NCBI GenBank assembly: GCA_023267595.1 | Contig: JAHFNB010000002.1 | Location: forward strand, 23,947 to 87,946 | DNA length: 64,000 bases | Direction of reading: 5' to 3' | Source of the DNA: a bacterium | GTDB lineage: Bacteria; Patescibacteriota; Minisyncoccia; Phycocordibacterales; UBA5272 | Shown here: positions 41,701-52,010 of the stretch, piece by piece | Numbering within the stretch: the first letter of the stretch is position 1 | How the letters are laid out: each line of letters begins with the position of its first letter | Notes under the pieces: generated by a model | What the model saw: the letters and a program-made list of their open reading frames with translations, nothing else | Database searches by the model: none | Told to the model about the DNA's origin: nothing | Program-made: the position numbers and the translations under genes

Positions 41701-42363
41701 GAATCAGGTGAGATTATTGGTATGCGTGATGAAGGAAAAGAAAAGGTTATTCTTCTTCTTGCAGATGATGATGGAACAAAGAGTAAAAATGCTGGAAAAC
41801 AAATTGAATATACAGTACCATTCCGTCGTCAACCAATTGTAAAAGTTGGTGAGAGAGTAAAGAAGGGTCAAATGATGACAGATGGTTCTTGTGATATTGA
41901 TGAACTCTTTACTCATGCTGGTAAAGAAGTAGCAGAAGAATATATTGTGAGTGAAATCAATAAGGTGTATGAATTACAAGGTGCGTCAATTACACGTAAG
42001 CACGTAGAAGTCATCATCAAGCAAATGTTTGGTCGTGTGAAGATTGTAAATCCAGGAGAAACACGATTTACACAATCAGATGTTGTAGAAATATCTACAT
42101 TCCGTGCAGAAAATAATCGTGTAAAAGATCTTGGTCTTACTGAAGCAAAGGGAAGAAATCTCGTACTTGGTATTACGGACGTCGCACTTTCAACTGATTC
42201 ATGGCTTTCAAGTGCATCATTCCAAAACACTACACGTGTGCTTATTACAGCATCTACTCGTGGACAAATGGATGAATTGCGAGGTCTTAAAGAAAATGTG
42301 ATTATTGGACGACTTATTCCTGCAGGAACTGGACTTCGAAATAAATTAGAAGGAAAGGAATAA
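38764..42363 (+). CDS. rpoC: RNA polymerase beta' subunit
   Basis: CYCGKY..CEKCGVE, NADFDGDQMAVH, IGEPGTQLTMRTFH, GLKENVIIG. Confidence 0.99.
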   Translation: MKTINTTNFDGLGIKIASPEAIASWSFGEVTKPETINYRTGRSERYGLFDERIFGPEKDYECYCGKYRRIRFKDIICEKCGVEVTKSIVRRERMGHITLASPVAHIWFLRTVPSRIALILAQPVGDVEKVVYFAGYVVKSVNETAKAQILSDLDSEFKAKVKSANDEKTQDKLRELLTATKKEIEEIKPWKIFDELTYHRYAMKYGTCFEAGIGAEALYEIFKTINLKDLEAKIVLQLEKAGALEREKAEKRLSLVRAFQNSDIRPEWMFMTVIPVIPPGIRPMVALEGGRFAASDVNDLYRRVINRNNRLKKLMEIGAPDVILRNEKRILQEAVDALIDNSARHGQDAVMSQSQKRQLKSLSDNLKGKQGLLRGNLLGKRVDYSARSVIVVGPSLSLNECGLPKHMALELFKPFIISKILERELAFNIRGANKLIEDAIPEVWAILEECIEGKYVLLNRAPTLHRLGIQAFNPKLIEGNAIQLHPLVCQAFNADFDGDQMAVHLPLSVAAQEEARTLMAANRNLLKPGSGDSIVNPRMDMVLGAYWMTKVLEGEKGEGKYFGSPNEAITAYDFDIVSFRAKIWVMPSDKEKYAKFEGKRFETTVGRLLFNSVLPNDFAYINDEVTIKRMNAIIDEVILTYGLETAPSVIDKIKAFGYKYATVSGTTWGIDGVKVPQEKTALVDEGWTQAARVDSDYEEGLLSAEERYEKTIEVWQDVRAKIEKLMPLAIEKNGSAYDMITSGARGTIAQVIQMAGMKGIIVNNSGRNIDFPVISSYKEGLTPLEYFITTYGARKGNSDTALKTAQAGYLTRRLVDVAQDAIITEIDCGTKESKLVRKENALGIEVPISKNIRGRVLAEEISANGVLFKKNHLVSKDDALVIENAGIEEVKVFSPLGCLSLHGLCQKCYGLDMGRNKKVDIGEAVGIVAAQAIGEPGTQLTMRTFHAGGVSGVDITQGLPRVEEIFERRAPKNPAIIAHESGEIIGMRDEGKEKVILLLADDDGTKSKNAGKQIEYTVPFRRQPIVKVGERVKKGQMMTDGSCDIDELFTHAGKEVAEEYIVSEINKVYELQGASITRKHVEVIIKQMFGRVKIVNPGETRFTQSDVVEISTFRAENNRVKDLGLTEAKGRNLVLGITDVALSTDSWLSSASFQNTTRVLITASTRGQMDELRGLKENVIIGRLIPAGTGLRNKLEGKE

Positions 42364-42395
42364 TTTTAGTTTAAAGATAGAGTCTGAAGATAAAA

Positions 42396-42440
42396 GGGGA
42401 TAAGAAAAAAGCGACTTAAAGTCGCTTTTTTCTTATCCCC
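42396..42440. terminator. 22-bp perfect palindrome after rpoC
   Basis: GGGGATAAGAAAAAAGCGACTT-A-AAGTCGCTTTTTTCTTATCCCC. Confidence 0.8.
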
Positions 42441-42588
42441 ACTATCCACGTGCGTGTCTATGTATATTTGCTTGACACATATGTGTAGGAAGAATAGAGT
42501 AAGTGTAACTATCACGTAGAGGGTATTGTCATAGTTGTATTGTGTGGTATTTTATTTACAAAATTATTCTTAAAGAGAGTTTATAAAT

Positions 42589-45500
42589 ATGAAAAATAAA
42601 TCAATGATTGGTGGACTTAAAGTTTCTTTAATTTCTTTGGTTGCAATGCTTGCAATGTCACAACTTGTATATGCAGATACAACATTATCTGTTTCAGGTA
42701 TTACAGTTGATAGTAAAGTGTATGATGGAAATACAACTGCAACTGTAAATACAACTGGTGCGGTCATATCAGGTATTTTAGATGGTGATGTTGTCACTCT
42801 TGATACATCAGGAGCAACATATACTTTTGCTACTTCATCAGTAGGTACAGGAATTTCAGTAATAGTTACTGGACTTACTGTAACTAGTGCTACAAGTACT
42901 GAGATATATACCCTTACGCAACCGACTCTCTCAGGAAATATAACAAAAAAGAATTTAACAGTTACAGGGATCACTGCATACAATAAGGTATATGATGGTA
43001 CTTTAACTGCATCATTAAATGCTACTTCTTCTGCGAGTCTTGTAGGAATTGTTAACAGTGAAGATGTAACACTAGATATATCTAGTGTTACAGGTGTATT
43101 TCTTAATAAAACTGTAGGGACTACAAAGACTGTAACAGTATCTGGATTGGCATTATCTGGTACGGCCAATTTAAATAACTATAGTCTTACTCAACCAACA
43201 ACAACCGCAGACATCACTCAACGTGATATCACCGTAACCGCAGTCGCACACACAAAGATGTATGACGGTACTACATCTGCAACAGGTACTCCTACTATTA
43301 CTTCAGGAACTCTTGCATCAGGTGATGCCGCAACCCTTACAGAAACATATGACACCGCAACTACAGGAACAGGAAAGACATTAACACCAGTTACTGTTAT
43401 TAAAGATGCTGGTCTTGTTGATGTAACTGCAAACTACAACGTAACTCCAGTAACGAATACTTCTGGTGTTATTGTTCAAGCACCACTTGTTATTACTGCT
43501 GCCGACAAAACTCGTGCATATGGTGTTGCTAACCCAACGCTTACTGTTACCTATTCAGGATTTGTTAACAGTGAAACTTCTGCAGTTGTAAGTGGTCTTG
43601 CAATTAATACAGTTGCTTCTTCTACAACAAATGTTGGCACAGTTTCAATTGTTCCATCAGGCGCAACTGCAACTAACTACAACATTTCATTTGTTAATGG
43701 AACACTTACTATCACACAAGCAGCACTTTCTGTAACTGCAGACGCACAAACAAAAGTGTATGGTAACTCAGATCCTTCACTGACGTACACTTCAAGTGGT
43801 CTAGTTAATGGTGATACTCTTTCAGGTGCACTTACTCGTGCTGCAGGAGAGAATGTGGGGACAAAAGCAATTACACAAGGGACTCTTACCGCAGGGGGAA
43901 ATTACAATATTTCTTACACAGGAGCCAATCTTACAATTACTACTCGTCCAATCACCATAACTGCTGCTGCTCACACAAAGATGTATGACGGTACTACATC
44001 TGCAACAGGTACTCCTACTATTACTTCAGGAACTCTTGCATCAGGTGATGCCGCAACCCTTACAGAAACATATGACACCGCAACTACAGGAACAGGAAAG
44101 ACATTAACACCAGTTACTGTTATTAAAGATGCTGGTCTTGTTGATGTAACTGCAAACTACAACGTAACTCCAGTAACGAATACTTCTGGTGTTATTGTTC
44201 AAGCACCACTTGTTATTACTGCTGCCGACAAAACTCGTGCATATGGTGTTGCTAACCCAACGCTTACTGTTACCTATTCAGGATTTGTTAACAGTGAAAC
44301 TTCTGCAGTTGTAAGTGGTCTTGCAATTAATACAGTTGCTTCTTCTACAACAAATGTTGGCACAGTTTCAATTGTTCCATCAGGCGCAACTGCAACTAAC
44401 TACAACATTTCATTTGTTAATGGAACACTTACTATCACACAAGCAGCACTTTCTGTAACTGCAGACGCACAAACAAAAGTGTATGGTAACTCAGATCCTT
44501 CACTGACGTACACTTCAAGTGGTCTAGTTAATGGTGATACTCTTTCAGGTGCACTTACTCGTGCTGCAGGAGAGAATGTGGGGACAACAACGATAACTCA
44601 AGGGACACTTAATAATACTAACTATAGTATTACGTATACTCCTGCAAACTTTGTGATTACTCCAAAACCAATTAACGTAGTAGCAAATGCGTTAAGTAAA
44701 GAACGACTAGCATCTGATCCAACACTCACATATACAGGAACATCATCACTTGTTGGAGTAGATACCTTTTCTGGCGCTCTTACACGTGCTACAGGGGAGA
44801 CAACAGGAACATATGCAATTTCTCAAGGGTCACTTTCTGCAGGAAGTAATTACACCATTAGTTTCACTGGAGCAAATTTCACTATTGTTGATACAACAAT
44901 ACCAACTCTTTCAGTAGTTTCTATTGTATCTAATAATGCAAGTACTACTCTTGCAAAAGTAGGTGATACAATAACAGTTTCATTTACTGCAAGTGAAGCA
45001 CTTAGTATTCCAACAGTAACTATTGCAGGTCAGTCTGCAACTGTATCTGGAACAACAACAAGTTGGACTGCAACGTATACAATGCAATCTGGAGACACAA
45101 CAGGTACAATTCCATTTACTATTACCTTTGCAGATATTACAAGTAACGCAGGTGTACAAGTAACTGCAACGACAAATGCAACAAGTGTTCTTTTTGATAA
45201 AACTGCGCCAACAGTAAGTATTGTATTTGCTGACACTGCGATGGGATTAGGAGAAACATCTCTTGTAACATTTACATTCTCAGAACCGGTGACAGGATTT
45301 GATAATACAGATATAACAATGCAAAATGGAACACTTACAACGGTTGCCTCAACTGATGGAGGTATTACATTTACAGGGACATTTACACCAACAGGCGGTA
45401 TTATTGTAAATACAAATGTAATGACAATAGGAAGTGGGTATGCAGATCTCGTAGGAAATGGAGCCGCATCATCTACTAATTCTTCTAATTATCAAATCAA

Positions 45501-45918
45501 TACACTTACGGTATCGGGTGGTGTAGCAGGACCGGGTGGATTTAGTACTGCTCTTGGTGGTGGTGGAAGTGGAGGTGGTGGAGGATCAGGTTCACCATCA
45601 ATTTCTACACCAACTGTGTCAAATAATACACCTTCAAATAACACACCAAATGTCTCTGCTTCACAGATAGGACAAGTGCTTGGTGTTAGTGTTACGAACT
45701 TCGTAAATGATTTAAAGATGGGAAGTAAGAATGATGTTGTAAAAGATTTACAAAAATTACTTATAGCAGATGGAATTCTTAAGAATGAACCAACAGGATA
45801 CTTTGGAGTTCTTACAAAGAATGCTCTAGCAAAGTGGCAGGCAAAAAATGGACTTCCTGCAACAGGATACTTTGGACCTATGACACGAGCACTTCTTAAG
45901 AAGATGAGTGGACAGTAA
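42589..45918 (+). CDS. Large secreted surface protein: YDG and MBG-like repeats, Ig-like domains, C-terminal peptidoglycan-binding domain
   Basis: Signal peptide; KVYDG and KVYG..DP repeats; FTFSEPVTGF Ig-like segment; GS linker; LKMGS..V..LQK.L..TGYFG..TK.AL..WQ..NGL..TGYFGPMTR. Confidence 0.85.
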   Translation: MKNKSMIGGLKVSLISLVAMLAMSQLVYADTTLSVSGITVDSKVYDGNTTATVNTTGAVISGILDGDVVTLDTSGATYTFATSSVGTGISVIVTGLTVTSATSTEIYTLTQPTLSGNITKKNLTVTGITAYNKVYDGTLTASLNATSSASLVGIVNSEDVTLDISSVTGVFLNKTVGTTKTVTVSGLALSGTANLNNYSLTQPTTTADITQRDITVTAVAHTKMYDGTTSATGTPTITSGTLASGDAATLTETYDTATTGTGKTLTPVTVIKDAGLVDVTANYNVTPVTNTSGVIVQAPLVITAADKTRAYGVANPTLTVTYSGFVNSETSAVVSGLAINTVASSTTNVGTVSIVPSGATATNYNISFVNGTLTITQAALSVTADAQTKVYGNSDPSLTYTSSGLVNGDTLSGALTRAAGENVGTKAITQGTLTAGGNYNISYTGANLTITTRPITITAAAHTKMYDGTTSATGTPTITSGTLASGDAATLTETYDTATTGTGKTLTPVTVIKDAGLVDVTANYNVTPVTNTSGVIVQAPLVITAADKTRAYGVANPTLTVTYSGFVNSETSAVVSGLAINTVASSTTNVGTVSIVPSGATATNYNISFVNGTLTITQAALSVTADAQTKVYGNSDPSLTYTSSGLVNGDTLSGALTRAAGENVGTTTITQGTLNNTNYSITYTPANFVITPKPINVVANALSKERLASDPTLTYTGTSSLVGVDTFSGALTRATGETTGTYAISQGSLSAGSNYTISFTGANFTIVDTTIPTLSVVSIVSNNASTTLAKVGDTITVSFTASEALSIPTVTIAGQSATVSGTTTSWTATYTMQSGDTTGTIPFTITFADITSNAGVQVTATTNATSVLFDKTAPTVSIVFADTAMGLGETSLVTFTFSEPVTGFDNTDITMQNGTLTTVASTDGGITFTGTFTPTGGIIVNTNVMTIGSGYADLVGNGAASSTNSSNYQINTLTVSGGVAGPGGFSTALGGGGSGGGGGSGSPSISTPTVSNNTPSNNTPNVSASQIGQVLGVSVTNFVNDLKMGSKNDVVKDLQKLLIADGILKNEPTGYFGVLTKNALAKWQAKNGLPATGYFGPMTRALLKKMSGQ
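43249..44587 (+). repeat. Intragenic 616-bp identical direct repeat (43249-43864 = 43972-44587; period 723 bp)
   Basis: Copies read as identical by eye, including synonymous sites. Confidence 0.9.
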
Positions 45919-46050
45919 AATTCTAAGTTAGAAGATTGAGGCTTGAAGTTGGGAGTTACAATTAATATAAAAGCAGTATCTATGATACTTTTTATATTTC
46001 TGTTGTCTAATGTCTATTGTCTAGCATTTACCCCTGCTATACTATAAAGT

Positions 46051-47043
46051 ATGAAGTTGGTCACTGCATTTAAACATCTTTTCATTCCTCACGATAAGAA
46101 TGATTACAAGCCACATTTTTTTCGAGAATTATCTGTTGCTATCATATTATTTGGCAGTATGTTTTTACTTGGTGCATCATTTGGTAGTTCATTTCTTATT
46201 CATAAAACAGTAGAAGGTGCTTCTATTGCAGCAGACGTTCTTATTGATCTTACCAATGAAGATCGTATTGCATTTAATGAAGCACCTCTTATTAAAAATA
46301 AGAAGTTAGATGAAGCAGCAGCATTAAAAGGACAAGACATGTCAAATAAAGGTTATTTTGCGCATACATCTCCTGAAGGAATTACACCGTGGTATTGGTT
46401 TAAACAAGCAAAGTATGATTTTCTTTATGCAGGAGAAAATCTAGCAATTAACTTTACGGAAGCACAAGATGTAGAAAATGCGTGGCTTAATTCTCCCGCA
46501 CATCGTGCAAACCTTCTTAGTGTGAAATTTCATGAAATAGGAATTGCAACAGTAGAAGGAATATACAATAATAATCCAACTATTTTTGTGGTGCAAATGT
46601 TTGGCACACCTGCGGTTGCAGAGACGGCTCTAACTGAAGATACGAATAAAGTAAAAGAAGTTTCGGAAACTACACAAAATAAAAAAGATACAGAATTAGC
46701 AACAAACGGAGAAGTTAAAGGTGAAACAAGTGTAGATAGCGGACTCATTCCAGTACTCAGTACAGATACATTGGAAATTGTAAAAAATGAACATGGTATG
46801 GAGATGAAAATAATAACGAGTACACCAGTAGAAACATACTCAACATGGTATGGACGATTACTATTTGGAGGGTCACGATATATTGAAATGGTTTATAAAA
46901 TTCTTATTTTCATAATTGCACTTGCACTTATTACAATGATATTGGTAGAAATACGAAAGCAACACCCACGACATATTTTATATGGTGTGGCACTACTTCT
47001 CGTGCTTACTGCTTTTGTGTATATTAACCACGGATTTTTCTAG
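46051..47043 (+). CDS. CAP/SCP-domain membrane protein
   Basis: LTNEDR, GYFAHTSP, AGENLA, WLNSPAHRANLL; N- and C-terminal TMs. Confidence 0.88.
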   Translation: MKLVTAFKHLFIPHDKNDYKPHFFRELSVAIILFGSMFLLGASFGSSFLIHKTVEGASIAADVLIDLTNEDRIAFNEAPLIKNKKLDEAAALKGQDMSNKGYFAHTSPEGITPWYWFKQAKYDFLYAGENLAINFTEAQDVENAWLNSPAHRANLLSVKFHEIGIATVEGIYNNNPTIFVVQMFGTPAVAETALTEDTNKVKEVSETTQNKKDTELATNGEVKGETSVDSGLIPVLSTDTLEIVKNEHGMEMKIITSTPVETYSTWYGRLLFGGSRYIEMVYKILIFIIALALITMILVEIRKQHPRHILYGVALLLVLTAFVYINHGFF

Positions 47044-47078
47044 AAAATAGGTATTCTTGAGTATGGTAAAATGAACAG

Positions 47079-48713
47079 ATGAATCCGAAAGATCAGGTAA
47101 AGGAAAATCTCTCTATTACAGATGTAGTCTCTACCTATATTCGTCTAGAAAAATCAGGGAACCAATTTCGTGCACGCTGCCCATTTCATAATGAAAAGAC
47201 TCCTTCGTTTTATGTTTCCCCTGAAAGAAAATCATTTCATTGTTTTGGTTGCCAAGCACATGGAGATATTTTTACTTTTGTAGAAAAAATAGAAAATATT
47301 CCATTTTTTGAAGCATTAAAAATATTAGCAGATAGAGCAGGAGTGACACTGACATCAATGGAAAAAAATAAGGAAGAAACACGTCTTATATCTTTATTAA
47401 AAGATGCAACAATTCATTTTGAAAATAATATACAAAAAAGTCCTGAAGCAAAACAATATCTTATGGAACGAGGGTTAACAGAAGAAACTATCAAGATCTT
47501 TCATATTGGTTATGCAAAAAATGAATGGCGAGATTTATTTATTTTTCTATCTTCACAAGGGTATCAACCAGAGGAAATAGAAGGCTCTGGACTTGCAATT
47601 AAAGCAACAGATGACTCGGGCAAAACTAAGGGTTGGTATGACCGTTTTCGGGGTAGGGTGATGTTTCCCATTAGAAACGTTTCAGGGGCCACAGTGGGCT
47701 ATTCTGGGCGAATTATGCCATCTCTGGTAGACCCAACGGTTGCCCAAGGGAAATATGTGAATACCCCAGAAACAAGCCTCTATCATAAGTCCAAGATCCT
47801 CTTTGGATATGATACTGCCAAAAAGAAAATGCAGGAGACAAAACAGGTGGTGGTTGTAGAAGGTCAGATGGATTTATGTATGAGTTATCAAGCGGGGGTT
47901 CATAATACAGTTGCCGTATCTGGTACTGCGTTTACCGATGAACACATTCATTTAATAAAACGATTTTGTGATACGGTTATTCTTTCATTTGATACAGATA
48001 CTGCTGGTCAAAGTGCATTAAAGAAAACAGCACTTTTGTGTTTACTTGGTGGGTTAGATGTGTATATTGTTGGCGATATAGGTACAAAAGACCCAGCCGA
48101 TTTAATACAAGAAAATCCATCAAAGTGGGTAACTGCGGTTGAAAAGAAACGCCACGTGGTTGAAGTTATGGTGCAGAATGTTATGAGTAAAGAAACTGAT
48201 GAAAGAATACGTGGACAAAAAATTGTAAGTGACGTACTCCCATTTGTACGTGCCATCCAGTCTCCAATAGATAGAGGACATTTTATAAAAGTGATTTCTG
48301 AAAAGTCAGGTATTTCACAAACTACTTTAACAGAAGAATTATCTCGCGGAGCAACATTTGAAACATCATATACTCCAGCAACAGAACAAATTGTACTTTC
48401 AAGTAAAGATAGACTTCTTCGTGAGATTATTGCGTATGCAACTCTTATAGGAAAACTAGATGATGAACTCTTTACATCGCTGCATATAGATATATCTATT
48501 TTTCCAGATGCAATTATTCAAGAAGAAATGTTTAATTTAGAAAAGAAAGTAATTAGCAATAAAGAGAAATATTTTGATGATTTAATCAGGAGTTATAAAA
48601 AAGAAATACACAAGGAAGGGTTACAATATTTACAGAAAAAGTTTCGTGAAGATGGTGCTGATCATGATAGTATCTTACAAGAGATTAATGAACATGTTAA
48701 AAAGGGATACTAG
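47079..48713 (+). CDS. dnaG: DNA primase
   Basis: CPFHNEKTPSF..HCFGC zinc domain, DRFRGRVMFP, KYVNTPET, VEGQMD, FDTDTAG TOPRIM. Confidence 0.96.
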   Translation: MNPKDQVKENLSITDVVSTYIRLEKSGNQFRARCPFHNEKTPSFYVSPERKSFHCFGCQAHGDIFTFVEKIENIPFFEALKILADRAGVTLTSMEKNKEETRLISLLKDATIHFENNIQKSPEAKQYLMERGLTEETIKIFHIGYAKNEWRDLFIFLSSQGYQPEEIEGSGLAIKATDDSGKTKGWYDRFRGRVMFPIRNVSGATVGYSGRIMPSLVDPTVAQGKYVNTPETSLYHKSKILFGYDTAKKKMQETKQVVVVEGQMDLCMSYQAGVHNTVAVSGTAFTDEHIHLIKRFCDTVILSFDTDTAGQSALKKTALLCLLGGLDVYIVGDIGTKDPADLIQENPSKWVTAVEKKRHVVEVMVQNVMSKETDERIRGQKIVSDVLPFVRAIQSPIDRGHFIKVISEKSGISQTTLTEELSRGATFETSYTPATEQIVLSSKDRLLREIIAYATLIGKLDDELFTSLHIDISIFPDAIIQEEMFNLEKKVISNKEKYFDDLIRSYKKEIHKEGLQYLQKKFREDGADHDSILQEINEHVKKGY

Positions 48714-48833
48714 TGGCAGACCAACAGATGATAGACTTTAGACTACAGAAAATACAAAGAGATACCCACAGGTAGCATAGATTTTTTACTACACAAAGTG
48801 GATAAAGTATGGTAGAGTATGCGGTACGTCCTT

Positions 48834-50195
48834 ATGGCGAAAAAAGTTGCTTCAAAAAAGAAAATAGGTAAAAACAAAAAAACAGCCAAAACTGTTTCCA
48901 AAAAGACCACAGTCAAAAAAAGTATTTCAAAAAGAAAACTTTCAAAAAAGAAGAACGTAAAGCCAAGTAAAAAACATTTAAATAAAAAGACTACGAAGAA
49001 AGTTTCTAAGAAATTAGTAAAGAAAAGTGCAAAGAAGTCTACTCCAAAAGTAGAAGCAAAACCAAAATATAAACCAAAAGCATTTACGATAAAGACTGGC
49101 CCGACAAAGGTTCGTCATGAAGTAAAAACAAAAAAGATTCTTACTCGTGAACAAAACGAAGAAGAACTTCTCACAAAAGGAAAAGAACGAGGATTTATAA
49201 CATATGATGAAATCATACGTTATTTTCCTACGATTGAAACAGATATTTTGTTCTTGGAGGAGTTATATGAAAAAATGTCTGCAGCAGGTATTGATGTTCT
49301 TGAAGGTGGAAATCTTCTCGATATGGATGATGATCTTGCAAAACTTGCAGGAAGTGAAAATACGCATGACAGTATTCAAATGTATTTGCGTGAGATTGGT
49401 CAGTACCCACTTATTTCAGGTGAAAATGAACGTGAACTTGCACGCCGTATTGAAAAAGGGGATGTAGAAGCAGGAACACTGCTTGCAAAAGCAAACCTTC
49501 GTCTTGTTGTTTCTATTGCAAAGAAATATGTTGGGCGATCATCTGATTTAACATTGCTTGACCTTATTCAAGAGGGAAATCTTGGTCTTTTCAAGGCGGT
49601 GGAGAAATTTGATTGGAATAAAGGATTTAAGTTCTCAACATATGCGACATGGTGGATTCGTCAGGCGATTACACGAGCACTTGCAGATCAGTCACGTACT
49701 ATTCGTATTCCTGTGCACATGGTAGAAACAATCGCAAAATATAAACAAGTAGTACGTCGTTTGTCTCAAGATCTTGGACGTGATCCTCTCGCAGAAGAAA
49801 TCGCAGTAGAAATGGGAGTGGATGTTGAGAAGATTCACATTATAGAAAATATTAATCAAGATACTGTATCACTTGAAAAACCAATTGGGGACGATGATGA
49901 CAAGTCTACTCTTGGTGAGTTTATTGCAGATGACAAGATATTATCACCGGATGCTGAAGCATCTCATAGAATACTTGCAGATCAAATCAATGAAATACTT
50001 GACGATCTTTCACCAAAAGAAAGAAAGATCGTAGAAATGCGAAATGGATTAGGAGAATATGATGGTGTGATGCATACCCTAGAAGAGGTGGGGGCAGAGT
50101 TTGGAGTTACTCGTGAACGCATACGACAGATTGAGGCAAAGGTACATGAAAAAATACGTAGTCATGATAAATCTGAGAGATTGAGAAATTATTAA
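48834..50195 (+). CDS. rpoD: Primary sigma70 factor with Lys-rich N-terminal extension (track start 48819)
   Basis: [65 protein letters not shown]. Confidence 0.96.
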   Translation: MAKKVASKKKIGKNKKTAKTVSKKTTVKKSISKRKLSKKKNVKPSKKHLNKKTTKKVSKKLVKKSAKKSTPKVEAKPKYKPKAFTIKTGPTKVRHEVKTKKILTREQNEEELLTKGKERGFITYDEIIRYFPTIETDILFLEELYEKMSAAGIDVLEGGNLLDMDDDLAKLAGSENTHDSIQMYLREIGQYPLISGENERELARRIEKGDVEAGTLLAKANLRLVVSIAKKYVGRSSDLTLLDLIQEGNLGLFKAVEKFDWNKGFKFSTYATWWIRQAITRALADQSRTIRIPVHMVETIAKYKQVVRRLSQDLGRDPLAEEIAVEMGVDVEKIHIIENINQDTVSLEKPIGDDDDKSTLGEFIADDKILSPDAEASHRILADQINEILDDLSPKERKIVEMRNGLGEYDGVMHTLEEVGAEFGVTRERIRQIEAKVHEKIRSHDKSERLRNY

Positions 50196-50201
50196 GGAAT
50201 G

Positions 50202-50240
50202 ATTAAAGAGCAATTCCATACGGGGTTGCTCTTTAATTTT
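50202..50240 (+). terminator. rpoD terminator
   Basis: ATTAAAGAGCAATTCC-atac-GGGGTTGCTCTTTAAT. Confidence 0.7.
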
Positions 50241-50302
50241 GGTGTCGTTACTTTTTATGGTAGTGTTTATCTATTCGTTCTTTAGTTGAAAGGGAGAAAG
50301 CC

Positions 50303-50950
50303 ATGAATAATCAACATCAAGTAGTTTCCTCAATTGCTCATGTTTTCGTAAAGCCAGAAAGACAAAGTATTACGAAAACTCCTGAAAAAGAAGTAAGGCG
50401 TTATCAGATTTGGTGTAAGAAGCATACATATGAATGTAGACCAGTTCTGTATGTTATCTCAAACATCATTCGAACTCGTTTTAACGGAGTCGAAATCAAT
50501 CAGATTTCTTTGCGTCTTCTCAACCCGCAAACTCATCATTTAAAAGGGTCTACGATAGAGATGTCCGAGGCTCTTTTTTACGAGAAGCACAAATATCTGC
50601 AGTGGCGCGATCCAGAACTCACTCCAAACAGATCAGTAGTTAAAAGGGTCGGCGGAAAATTCGATATGGGTAAACCAACTTTTCTTCTTCTTGAGAAATT
50701 GGAATCTCTAGAAGATGGAAAACAGAGACTTACCTTTGTCGGATGGAATGTAAGTAAAAAAATAATTATCCATCCGAAGAAAAGAACGGTCATTACCATC
50801 AATACTATTGATCATTTCTACGAAATCCTCGATCCTCTCTTTTTCAGTCCGGAATATAATGGAAGACTTCAACTTCCTACACACGGAATGCGGATTGGAA
50901 GAGGCGATATGAATGAGGAAGAGGAGGAGAATAGTCTTGATGGGTTGTAA
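50303..50950 (+). CDS. Orphan hypothetical protein with acidic tail
   Basis: GGGAG SD; terminator GCCGCGC-GTA-GCGCGGC plus T tract at about 50967-50993. Confidence 0.65.
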   Translation: MNNQHQVVSSIAHVFVKPERQSITKTPEKEVRRYQIWCKKHTYECRPVLYVISNIIRTRFNGVEINQISLRLLNPQTHHLKGSTIEMSEALFYEKHKYLQWRDPELTPNRSVVKRVGGKFDMGKPTFLLLEKLESLEDGKQRLTFVGWNVSKKIIIHPKKRTVITINTIDHFYEILDPLFFSPEYNGRLQLPTHGMRIGRGDMNEEEEENSLDGL

Positions 50951-51038
50951 AGTTTCTTTTGTATGGGCCGCGCGTAGCGCGGCTTTGTTTTTCATTAAAA
51001 CCCTTGCAAAATAAAGGAAAATATGGTATTGTGTTTTT

Positions 51039-52007
51039 ATGTTAATCGATCACGTCACGTTAAAAATAGAAGCAGGAAAGGGTGGAACTGGCGTTGTACG
51101 ATGGCGACGTGAAAGTGGTATTCCGTTTGGCGGACCTGCAGGTGGAGATGGTGGAAAAGGTGGAGATGTGTATTTCCGTGTTGTTCGTGATATTCAAGCA
51201 TTATCTCCTTACAAACATAAAAAAGAATGGACTGCACCAGAAGGAATCGCTGGACAAAAACGTAGCATGCATGGAGCAAATGGTGAAGATTTATACCTCA
51301 CCATTCCAGTTGGATCTGTTGTGTACAATCAAGAATATGATAAACGTTATGAGTTTATGGAAGAAGGAGATTTTCTTATCCTTCGTGGAGGAAAAGGAGG
51401 ATTAGGAAATGAACAATTTAAATCTGCGACAAATCGTACGCCAAAAGAATTTACAAAAGGTGAACGTGGAGAGTTTGCGACATTTGATATCGAATTAAAA
51501 TTAATTGCAGATGTTGGATTGATCGGATTACCAAATGCAGGAAAGTCATCACTCTTAAATGCACTCACTCGTGCAGGAGCAAAGATTGGGGATTATCCAT
51601 TTACAACATTAGAACCAAACTTAGGTGCATACTTCGGATATGTTCTTGCAGATATTCCTGGACTTATTGAGGGAGCAAGTGAAGGAAAGGGATTAGGTCA
51701 TAAATTTTTGCGACATATTACACGTACACATACATTAGTTCATCTTGTTTCTGCGGAGAATGAAGATGTTGCAACAGTCTATAGTACTATTCGTGAAGAA
51801 TTAGGAAAGTATGATAAAGAACTTTTGAAACGTGATGAAGTAGTTGTGCTTTCAAAAGTAGATACTATAGAAGATTCTATTGTACAAGAAAAGTTAAAAG
51901 CCTTAAAAAAGGTAAGTAAAAAAGAAGTAATAGCCTTGTCACTGTATAAGGATGAAACCGTAAAAGCATTCGGTGATTTTCTTACTAAGAAATTGCAAAC
52001 AAAGTAA
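51039..52007 (+). CDS. obgE: Obg family GTPase
   Basis: GGPAGGDGGKGG, GLPNAGKS, YPFTTL, DIPGLIEGA. Confidence 0.96.
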   Translation: MLIDHVTLKIEAGKGGTGVVRWRRESGIPFGGPAGGDGGKGGDVYFRVVRDIQALSPYKHKKEWTAPEGIAGQKRSMHGANGEDLYLTIPVGSVVYNQEYDKRYEFMEEGDFLILRGGKGGLGNEQFKSATNRTPKEFTKGERGEFATFDIELKLIADVGLIGLPNAGKSSLLNALTRAGAKIGDYPFTTLEPNLGAYFGYVLADIPGLIEGASEGKGLGHKFLRHITRTHTLVHLVSAENEDVATVYSTIREELGKYDKELLKRDEVVVLSKVDTIEDSIVQEKLKALKKVSKKEVIALSLYKDETVKAFGDFLTKKLQTK

Positions 52008-52010
52008 GAT

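Noticed and set aside
35518-42363. Inteins, introns or splits in rpoB/rpoC
   Set aside because: Continuous ORFs of ordinary length with motifs in the expected order
42570-43169. 199-aa antisense ORF and other short overlapping ORFs in the track
   Set aside because: Shadow frames of real genes caused by codon bias; no start signals or motifs
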